Source: Limisphaerales bacterium
GTDB taxonomy: Bacteria > Verrucomicrobiota > Verrucomicrobiia > Limisphaerales > JAJOIW01
Length of the DNA: 16,876 nt
Reading direction: 5' to 3'
Assembly: GCA_965657355.1 (NCBI GenBank)
Contig: CBFHOE010000006.1
Location: 19,227-36,102 of the forward strand
Shown piece after piece: positions 1 to 6,897 of the stretch. The position numbers and the translations under genes were made by a program. The notes beneath the pieces are model-generated. The model made no database searches and was not told the DNA's origin. It was given only the letters and a program-made list of their open reading frames with translations. Position 1 is the stretch's first letter. Every line of letters starts with the position of its first letter.

Positions 1-921
1 ATAAAAAAAAGAGGTCAGGCTATTCCGAGGAGAATGCCAATGCAACACATGGGGGTAGTTGCAGATGATATTCCGAGCGACATGAGCGGGCGGCTGGAGT
101 TAGCCAACTGGCTGACCCACAGGACTAATCCCTTAACACCGAGAGTTATTGTCAATCGACTATGGGCTGGAGTTTTTGGAAAGGGAATCGTTAGCACGCC
201 AAATAATTTTGGAAGGCGAGGAATGCCTCCGACTCACCCAAAGCTATTAGATTGGCTCGCCCAAGAACTGATAAACAATGAGGGTTCCATTAAAGGAATA
301 TTGAAATTGATGTTTTCGTCAGCGACTTACATGCAAGACTCCCGTCCCAAACAAGAAAACATGGTAGCTGATCCTGGGAATCAATATTTGTGGAGAATGA
401 GCCCACGCCGCATGACTGCGGAACAAATTCGAGATAGCCTCCTAAAAGTCAGCGGTTTAATTAATTTTGAAGCCAAAGGGAAACCTGCAGAAATCGACAA
501 TTACCAATATGTTCCCGGCTCGAGTTTTTTTAAAAAAATCATGTCATCAAAAGTAAGGACAATTTACCTCCCAGTTATTCGTGACCGTGTGAATCCTGAT
601 ATTGAGATTTTTGATTTTGCGAATCCCGGGACGTCGAATGGTTTTCGTGGCACGACAACGATTCCTCTTCAAGCATTATTCTTTCTGAATAATCCTGAAG
701 TAGCTCGGTGGGCTCAATCAGCTGCCGATCAGGCATCGCAGACAGACAATCCGATTGAATACTTATTCGAGGAGATTATTGGGAGATCAGCCAATGAAGA
801 TGAACGGAAATTACTAACCGCAGCTTTGTCCGACGAAAATCACGGGCCCTCAAAGCAAGCAAAGCTTAAAGAGATCGCCTTGTCTCTTTTTGCCGCAAAC
901 GAATTTATATACAGGTTCTAA
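1..921 (+). CDS. DUF1553 (PSD1) domain protein, C-terminal part; 5'-truncated by the window edge
   Basis: Frame 1 is open from base 1 (IKKRGQAIPRRMPM...), so the ATG at 34 is probably internal. Motifs SGRLELANWL, NPLTPRVIVNRLW, FGKGIVSTPNNFG, PTHPKLLDWLA, RRMTAEQIRDSLL, TTIPLQALFFLNN and the C-terminal NEFIY are typical of DUF1553 proteins of PVC bacteria. It lies directly upstream of a DUF1501 gene, the usual partner. Confidence 0.9.
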   Translation: MKKRGQAIPRRMPMQHMGVVADDIPSDMSGRLELANWLTHRTNPLTPRVIVNRLWAGVFGKGIVSTPNNFGRRGMPPTHPKLLDWLAQELINNEGSIKGILKLMFSSATYMQDSRPKQENMVADPGNQYLWRMSPRRMTAEQIRDSLLKVSGLINFEAKGKPAEIDNYQYVPGSSFFKKIMSSKVRTIYLPVIRDRVNPDIEIFDFANPGTSNGFRGTTTIPLQALFFLNNPEVARWAQSAADQASQTDNPIEYLFEEIIGRSANEDERKLLTAALSDENHGPSKQAKLKEIALSLFAANEFIYRF

Positions 922-922
922 T

Positions 923-2356
923 ATGAAGACATTCGGCCTATGCAACAACAGAGATAGGAATTTTCAAATATCGAGAAGGCGTGCTCTAGAAAAAGTTGGA
1001 CTAGGTTTTGGCAGTTTGGCTAGTTTGTCACTGCTGGCCAATCCTGAAATAAGTGACGCTTATTCGCAACCCATTGATTCACCACCTACACATTTTAAAC
1101 CCAGAGTAAAAAGGGTTTTATTTTTGTTTATGCACGGGGGACCGTCTCACCTGGATACTTTTGATTATAAACCTCTTTTGCAGAAAGATTCAGGAAAACC
1201 TTTACCTTATCCAAAACCCAGAGTTCAGTTCGCCAAAACAGGGAACTTGATGAAATCCCCATTCGATTTCAAAAGACATGGCCAAAGCGGTGCCTGGGTT
1301 TCTTCCATATTTCCTAATGTTGCAAAGCATGTGGATAAGCTGTGTCTAGTAAAAGCCATGCACGGCACAAATGCAGCTCATGGTGGGGCGCTTTTAAAAC
1401 TGCACACGGGATCGGAATCGTTCGTGCGGCCCAGCATGGGGTCTTGGATTAGCTACGGACTGGGCACAGAGAATGCCAACTTACCGTCCTTTATTACGAT
1501 ATGCCCTACTCTCGGCCACGGAGGTGTCAGGAATTTTTCTGCATCATTCCTTCCCGGAGAACACCAAGGAACTCCACTAGGTAATTCTGGGACACCTGCT
1601 AGCTCTGTCAATGTCCATAACATAAAGAACATGGAACTTGATTCGGTCGCGTCAAAGTCCCGATTGGACCTCATCCAAAAATTAAATCAACTACATAGTG
1701 AGGATTATGGTTTTGAATCGGAATTGGATGCCCGGATTAAGTCATTTGAACTTGCATTTCGGATGCAATCAGAAGCCCCTGGCGCCATGCATTGGGAATC
1801 GGAATCGACAATAATTAAAAACCTTTACGGTATCGGAAATAGCACAACCAAGAATTTTGGGATCCAATGTTTGATGGCTCGACGTTTGCTTGAATCAGGA
1901 GTTCGCTTTGTCCAGGTTTCTCATAGTTATAAATGGGATCAACACAGTAATTTAAAAAAACTGCATTCTAAAAATGCCTTGGAGGTTGACCAACCAATAT
2001 CAGGATTATTGACTGATCTGGAGTCTCGAGGGTTATTGGATGACACCTTGGTGATTTGGGGAGGAGAATTTGGAAGAACGCCAACAGCTCAAGGGAGCGA
2101 TGGCAGAGACCACAACCCGCATGCTTTCACAATATGGATGGCTGGTGGCGGCGTTAAACCAGGAATTTCATACGGAGAAACCGATGATTATGGATTTTAC
2201 ACAGCGAGAGATGCTGTTGATGTTCACGATTTTCATGCAACGATCTTGGCCGCCCTGGGAATGGATCACCAAAAACTGACTTACAGGTATGCCGGAAGAG
2301 ATTTTCGATTGACCGACGTGCACGGTCGTATCATTTGGGATATTCTAAAAACCTGA
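923..2356 (+). CDS. DUF1501 domain protein with twin-arginine-like N-terminal signal
   Basis: The ATG at 923 follows the upstream stop (919-921) by one base and is preferred over the TTG at 890. The N-terminus SRRRALEKVGLGFGSLA resembles a Tat signal. DUF1501 motifs are present: LFMHGGPSHLDTFDYKP, RPSMGSWISYGLGTEN, CLMARRLLESGVRFVQ, WDQH, WGGEFGRTP, GRDHNP, RLTDVHG. Confidence 0.92.
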   Translation: MKTFGLCNNRDRNFQISRRRALEKVGLGFGSLASLSLLANPEISDAYSQPIDSPPTHFKPRVKRVLFLFMHGGPSHLDTFDYKPLLQKDSGKPLPYPKPRVQFAKTGNLMKSPFDFKRHGQSGAWVSSIFPNVAKHVDKLCLVKAMHGTNAAHGGALLKLHTGSESFVRPSMGSWISYGLGTENANLPSFITICPTLGHGGVRNFSASFLPGEHQGTPLGNSGTPASSVNVHNIKNMELDSVASKSRLDLIQKLNQLHSEDYGFESELDARIKSFELAFRMQSEAPGAMHWESESTIIKNLYGIGNSTTKNFGIQCLMARRLLESGVRFVQVSHSYKWDQHSNLKKLHSKNALEVDQPISGLLTDLESRGLLDDTLVIWGGEFGRTPTAQGSDGRDHNPHAFTIWMAGGGVKPGISYGETDDYGFYTARDAVDVHDFHATILAALGMDHQKLTYRYAGRDFRLTDVHGRIIWDILKT

Positions 2357-2370
2357 AGCACCGCGGTTTG

Positions 2371-2865
2371 CTAAGCGTCTGAATTATCGCTCGCTTCATC
2401 GGGATGGGGTGGATCAGATTCCTGAATAGTCGCTGGTGGCTCTGTTATTTCATTGCCTAGGCTTACAGGGTTATCCTTTTGCTCATTGTAATGGAATGTG
2501 AGGTCTATAACCTCTCCACACCCGCAGACGATTTGCACCCCAGTGATTTGGCCTGATTCCCCGTCTTCTTTGTGCAGCGTAACTTTTGGTTGATGCTGGC
2601 AGGAAGTGCTCGTTTGAATTGCCTTGTTTGCGCCTTGGCGTTTAGGTGTTGAGCTTTCTGCGGTGATATTGCGATCAATTATGGTTTGTGATTTTTGACT
2701 TCGAGACTTTAGCTGAGGATCTTTTGTTACCGCTGACTTTTCCGAGGCCTGATCGGCATCGCTGTTTTCGCCATCAATGACCTCCGGAACGAAATTTGAT
2801 AAAGGTTGGAAGGAACTCAACCGATTATTTTTTTCACCTGAATTAAGTGGAGTAAAACCTGACAT
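2371..2865 (-). CDS. Hypothetical protein (164 aa) with CxH...CxCG motif, last gene of the flagellar cluster
   Basis: The ATG is 5 nt after the motB stop and the ORF fills the gap to the convergent gene. Low-complexity polar flanks surround a compact segment, PKVTLHKEDGESGQITGVQIVCGCGEVIDLTFHY. Confidence 0.75.
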   Translation of the reverse strand: MSGFTPLNSGEKNNRLSSFQPLSNFVPEVIDGENSDADQASEKSAVTKDPQLKSRSQKSQTIIDRNITAESSTPKRQGANKAIQTSTSCQHQPKVTLHKEDGESGQITGVQIVCGCGEVIDLTFHYNEQKDNPVSLGNEITEPPATIQESDPPHPDEASDNSDA

Positions 2866-2870
2866 TCTTC

Positions 2871-3575
2871 TTAAATTTTGGGTTTGATCAAAATTTCAAT
2901 TCTATCATTCAACACGTCATCCTTCGAGAGCCCGTTCATTGGACGAGTCACTCCAAAACCAGCCACTTCATTAATTTGATCATATGGTAACTCGAAGTAT
3001 TCCATGATCCGTCGCGCTTCATTGGCTCGATCGGTGCTCAATTGCCAAAAATCAACATTACTAAATTCGGAGTCGTTAACGCAGTGCCCGTGTATTTCCA
3101 CCATAAAGGAATCATGGCGACGTATTTGCCAGGTCACAGTATTCAAAACATACTTCCCATACTTGGTGAGGTCCGTTGAATTTTTTTCAAAAAATGGGCT
3201 TTCTGATTTATTGAATAATTGAATCCGCAAACCTTTATGCGACATATCAATTACAACTGGGGAATCTTCATCTGCTAGCTCCTTTTGCATAGCTTCAGTC
3301 AGGTCTCTATGGATTCTTCTCAGGAATTCCAGTTCCATTAATGAAGCATCATCGAAAGAACCATTTATGTCGCTCTGCATGAGGAGAATATCTTCATTGG
3401 GTATAATTCCTGTCGACTGAAGAGTCAATGGCCGGAATGGGTTTTCAAAAGTCCTTTGAATGGCTTCTTTGATTCTCTGGTCTTGTGAGGCTAACCACAT
3501 AACAAGAAAAAAGGCCATCATAGCTGTTACGAAATCAGCATACGCAACTTTCCAAGATCCTCCTCCTCCACCCAT
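2871..3575 (-). CDS. motB: Flagellar stator protein MotB
   Basis: The TM motif WKVAYADFVTAMMAFFLVMWL contains the essential Asp. There is a C-terminal OmpA-like domain (WQLSTDRA, GFG..RP, DRIEI), and the gene follows motA. Confidence 0.95.
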   Translation of the reverse strand: MGGGGGSWKVAYADFVTAMMAFFLVMWLASQDQRIKEAIQRTFENPFRPLTLQSTGIIPNEDILLMQSDINGSFDDASLMELEFLRRIHRDLTEAMQKELADEDSPVVIDMSHKGLRIQLFNKSESPFFEKNSTDLTKYGKYVLNTVTWQIRRHDSFMVEIHGHCVNDSEFSNVDFWQLSTDRANEARRIMEYFELPYDQINEVAGFGVTRPMNGLSKDDVLNDRIEILIKPKI

Positions 3576-3614
3576 AAGCTTGAGAAAATAAAAAATTATA
3601 AATTAAAAATTTGG

Positions 3615-4475
3615 TTAGCTTTTAGCAGCCTCTTTGAGCATGTCTTCAAAGCTTTCACCATTTGGTTTTACATGAGCGCTGATGCCTCTTCTTGCTACCT
3701 CAACAGCCATTATCGGGGCCAATCCGTTGGCGAACGAACAAATGGCACTCGCAATACATTTGTTAAATTCAGACTCAGATTCGCCGAGAAATTCCATTGC
3801 AGTAACCGCAGGGTTGACGTAACCGTAGGCCACTAAAATTCCCAGAAATGTTCCAACTAAAGCGGAACCAACCTTATAACCAATTTGCTCTATCGGCCCA
3901 CTAATAACACCCATTGTTATTATGATACCAAGGACGGCAGCAACAATCCCGAAGCCAGGAAATGAATCTCCAATTTTCGCCAGCACACTAACGGGCTTGT
4001 GATGGTCATTGTCCATAGCTTTTAGTTCAATATCTAACAACATCTTCAACTGATCTGGTTTAATCTTCCCATCGATGATAGGACGCAGACCTCCACACAA
4101 GAATTCCATGCTGTGCTTATTTTTGGCTAACTTGGGATATTTGGAAAATATGCTGCTTGCAGATGGATCACTAACGTGCTCTTCCAAGGCGATCATTCCA
4201 TTTTTACGGCCAGTCAAAAACAATTCATAGAGGGCTTTAAATAGTTCTTCATATGCCCCTTTGCTGTAGGGGTTCGGTTTTAAGATCCCAATGATATTTG
4301 ATAGAATAGCTTTTAAAACCGGAAGTGGAGACATAATTATCAAAGCTCCAACGCCAGAACCGATGATTACAACAACCTCATTTAGATGCCAAAGAGACAC
4401 TGGATTACCACCAACCATCATGAATCCACCCAAAACACACCCAGTTACAACTAAAGCTCCGATGATTATTAACAT
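3615..4475 (-). CDS. motA: Flagellar stator protein MotA
   Basis: Four TM segments, the cytoplasmic charged motif RKNGMIALE, and FPGFGIVAAVLG, ALVGTFLGILVAYGYVNP and PIMAVEVARR. Confidence 0.96.
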   Translation of the reverse strand: MLIIIGALVVTGCVLGGFMMVGGNPVSLWHLNEVVVIIGSGVGALIIMSPLPVLKAILSNIIGILKPNPYSKGAYEELFKALYELFLTGRKNGMIALEEHVSDPSASSIFSKYPKLAKNKHSMEFLCGGLRPIIDGKIKPDQLKMLLDIELKAMDNDHHKPVSVLAKIGDSFPGFGIVAAVLGIIITMGVISGPIEQIGYKVGSALVGTFLGILVAYGYVNPAVTAMEFLGESESEFNKCIASAICSFANGLAPIMAVEVARRGISAHVKPNGESFEDMLKEAAKS

Positions 4476-4506
4476 GGCTCGTTTAATTAGATATGCTCAA
4501 ACTTAA

Positions 4507-5415
4507 TTACTCGACCTCGAGAGCTTCCGACGTCTCATGCTTTTTCAAAAATCCCCTAATGGAAATAATGGCTTTTGTGTGGATTTGGCAAATTCTGGAT
4601 TCAGTGACTCCGAATGCTTCGGCGATCTCTCGCAGTCTTAAATCTTTGAAATAATAGAGAGCTAAGACTTTTTGCTGCATTTCAGGCAAGCTCCTAATAT
4701 GCTGCTTAATAATATCGATGAGCTCATATTTGGAGGATTCTTCAAATGGGTCTGGTTGTGTTGAATCGGCAATACTAGCATGTTGAGAATCGCCATTTCC
4801 TTCTTCTCCATTCTTGACCGAGTCCAAACAAATAAATACAGCTGGGCGGATATATGTAAGAAGCTTGTTGTATTGAGCCATGGTCATGTCCATCTCACGA
4901 GCCATTTCTTCATCCGTTGGCGCCTCACCTTTTTCTTGTTCCAGCTTGCGCATGACGGCCTCTACTTTTCTAGCCTTGTCGTGCACAGACCTTGGCAGCC
5001 AATGGGCTCTTCTTAACTCATCAAAAATGGCACCCCTGACTCGCACTCTGGCGTAAGCCTCAAAAGAAGACCCACCAGACATGTCATACCTTCGGACAGC
5101 ACTTAACAATCCAACCATTCCAGAACTATATAAATCTTCAGCCGCGACGTGAGTTGGTAGACTCATTGCCATTCGTCCCACGATGGATTTGACGAGGGGG
5201 ATGTAGTTTTCAACGATTTGACTCTCTGCTGCACAACCCTCTCCGGTCCGGGCGTAAGCTTCCCAGACCTCCTGAGGAGGTTTCGGAATCGTATAATATT
5301 TTGGTTTCTTAGCTGGCTCGTCAGTTGCTGTTTCATTAATTTGTGGCAGCTCTCGGTTGTTGCTTTTTTCTTCGGTTAACACCGCTACACTTGGTTCTTC
5401 AAGTTGAGATTTCAT
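4507..5415 (-). CDS. fliA: RNA polymerase sigma factor, FliA/WhiG (sigma-28) family
   Basis: Region 2 motifs DLYSSGMVGLLSAVRRYD and FEAYARVRVRGAIFDELRRAHWLPRS, plus region 4 LALYYFKDLRLREIAEAFGVTESRICQIH, in a flagellar context. Confidence 0.95.
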   Translation of the reverse strand: MKSQLEEPSVAVLTEEKSNNRELPQINETATDEPAKKPKYYTIPKPPQEVWEAYARTGEGCAAESQIVENYIPLVKSIVGRMAMSLPTHVAAEDLYSSGMVGLLSAVRRYDMSGGSSFEAYARVRVRGAIFDELRRAHWLPRSVHDKARKVEAVMRKLEQEKGEAPTDEEMAREMDMTMAQYNKLLTYIRPAVFICLDSVKNGEEGNGDSQHASIADSTQPDPFEESSKYELIDIIKQHIRSLPEMQQKVLALYYFKDLRLREIAEAFGVTESRICQIHTKAIISIRGFLKKHETSEALEVE

Positions 5416-5417
5416 GT

Positions 5418-5687
5418 TTAGGATTGAGTTGCAGGATCTGATGAAGTTTCGGGAAATACGTTGGTAGTTTCGTCGTTATCTTGAGATTCTTCGGGCTCGG
5501 CATCTTGAAGGGCTTTCTTAAGTGAATTAGCCCAGAGGCCACCCCACCATTTCATCAACCACCCGGAGACGTATGCAGCCATGCATGACTTCCAGAGGAT
5601 CGATGGATACGGACTCTCGAATGCCCACCCAAAGAGGATGCCAATTCCAAATCCAATAATTCCGCCTATGAGCACTAAAATCTTCAT
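5418..5687 (-). CDS. Small two-TM membrane protein with acidic tail, FlgV-like (89 aa from ATG 5687)
   Basis: Two hydrophobic segments (ILVLIGGIIGFGIGILFGW; ILWKSCMAAYVSGWLMKWWG) are followed by an acidic tail. It lies between flhF and fliA, where flgV sits in other phyla. ATG 5687 is preferred because the TTG at 5720 lies inside the sigma-54 motif. The FlgV assignment rests on synteny and topology only. Confidence 0.65.
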   Translation of the reverse strand: MKILVLIGGIIGFGIGILFGWAFESPYPSILWKSCMAAYVSGWLMKWWGGLWANSLKKALQDAEPEESQDNDETTNVFPETSSDPATQS

Positions 5688-5703
5688 ATAACGAGACTTA
5701 GAG

Positions 5704-5720
5704 AGCAAGTCCGTTGCCAA
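5704..5720 (-). promoter_or_regulatory. Putative sigma-54 (RpoN) -24/-12 promoter
   Basis: The minus strand reads TTGGCAACGGACTTGCT, matching TGGCAC-N5-TTGCW at all but one position with exact GG-N10-GC spacing. It is intergenic, correctly oriented and has an AT-rich upstream tract. Confidence 0.75.
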
Positions 5721-5777
5721 AGTTGTAATTTAGGGGAAATTGGCTAAAAATTGTGTAAATCAATTAAATAGCGTAAG

Positions 5778-6773
5778 TTATGAAGGAAATTGCTGCCCTA
5801 ATATCAGTTCGGGGCCAGCGAGAAGAAAGTCACCAGGAATATTTTGCCCATTGGAGAGAAAGCTGACAGGAATTTTGCAAGCAAACACCGCATTCCAGAT
5901 TTTACCCCATCTAATTTCCTCATCGAGATGGGTAAATATTATGCTAGAAATGGGCAATTTTGCCTTCATGCAAGACATTAACTGACCGAGAAACACAGGA
6001 GTTTCGTATGCAAGATTAAGGACGAGATGCACATCCGGGTCGTCAAATTCTGCAATAGAATGCTTAATGTGCTCTATGGAATCGGACTGAAAAAAATCAG
6101 AACCAGGAAAGTCAACAAACCAGGATTGGTCTGATTGGCCTGAGGACCGGCTTTCAGGGTGAAACTTTTCGAGCTCGAGGCCAAGAATTTCACAGTGTAC
6201 TGATAATAAATCCGAGTTGTTATGAACTCTTTCAGTATCTAATTGAAATGCCCGAGTCGGCTTATTTTTCAACAGATGGTGGTGCGTCATCCATTTGCAC
6301 ATCACTGTCGACTTTCCTACCCCCGCTGGGCCGATAAAGATATTTGTCGTTCCCTGAGGTTTTTTTGAAGGTATGAAAGGACGCCATGCTTCAGAAAGAG
6401 CTATTGATGTGATTTTTCGCTGCTTAATTGAATCTATTTCGCCCAAGCTCGGAGACTTTTTCTGAATGATTTCCATGACCTGAAGAGCATACTGAGGCAA
6501 CAGGCCTGAGGCTTGAAGGGATTCTGTGATAGCCCATTCTGAATCATCGAATGATCCCGCATGGCCGAGAGAAGGACTTTGGGATCTATTGTTTTTAGAT
6601 TTGGCTTTGGACGGCCTTGCAAAGACTTGAATCCTTGGTTTTTTCCAAATCTTATCGACACCCTTAGCCGGCAATTTCACCACCTGTTCGATGATAGCAT
6701 CGGGTCCTAATTCTTCCCGGACCTTGTCTATGGCTTCGTTTGCCGATTCTGCTATAAATGAAACTAACTCCAT
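5778..6773 (-). CDS. flhF: Flagellar biosynthesis SRP-family GTPase FlhF (divergent)
   Basis: The N-terminal FlhF motif FIAESANEAIDKVREELGPDAII, the P-loop GPAGVGKST, and DTER, DFPG, THLDE and GQNIPGD sit at the G2-G5 positions. The gene follows flhA. ATG 6773 is preferred over TTG 6785. Confidence 0.88.
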   Translation of the reverse strand: MELVSFIAESANEAIDKVREELGPDAIIEQVVKLPAKGVDKIWKKPRIQVFARPSKAKSKNNRSQSPSLGHAGSFDDSEWAITESLQASGLLPQYALQVMEIIQKKSPSLGEIDSIKQRKITSIALSEAWRPFIPSKKPQGTTNIFIGPAGVGKSTVMCKWMTHHHLLKNKPTRAFQLDTERVHNNSDLLSVHCEILGLELEKFHPESRSSGQSDQSWFVDFPGSDFFQSDSIEHIKHSIAEFDDPDVHLVLNLAYETPVFLGQLMSCMKAKLPISSIIFTHLDEEIRWGKIWNAVFACKIPVSFLSNGQNIPGDFLLAGPELILGQQFPS

Positions 6774-6851
6774 ATTGGATATCAAGCCTTCTTGCCGAAC
6801 AGTAATGGTTACCTTATATGACGAGCAACGATAAATTGTTTTTGCCGATCA
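6740..6851 (+). repeat. Three copies of TTGCCGA(T/A) spaced 52 and 50 bp
   Basis: TTGCCGAT at 6740, TTGCCGAACA at 6792 and TTGCCGATCA at 6842. Confidence 0.4.
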
Positions 6852-6897
6852 TTATCATTTTGAAATCATATGAGTAAGATGATTTAAGGTTTTCACG

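Noticed and set aside
890..922. TTG start at 890 for the DUF1501 gene
   Set aside because: It overlaps the upstream gene. ATG 923 follows the upstream stop directly and places the twin-arginine motif near the N-terminus.
4616..4641. Possible sigma-28 promoter for motA within fliA (TTAAG-N13-GCCGAAGC, minus strand)
   Set aside because: The spacing is off, the -10 box is poor, and the sequence is explained by the conserved LREIAEA codons.
5688..5720. TTG start at 5720 for the small membrane protein
   Set aside because: The codon is part of the sigma-54 -24 element. ATG 5687 directly precedes the first TM.
5758..5770. IHF-like site AATCAAttaaATA upstream of the sigma-54 motif
   Set aside because: It mismatches the TTR part of WATCAA-N4-TTR and is easily matched by chance in AT-rich DNA. 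The position is plausible but support is too weak.
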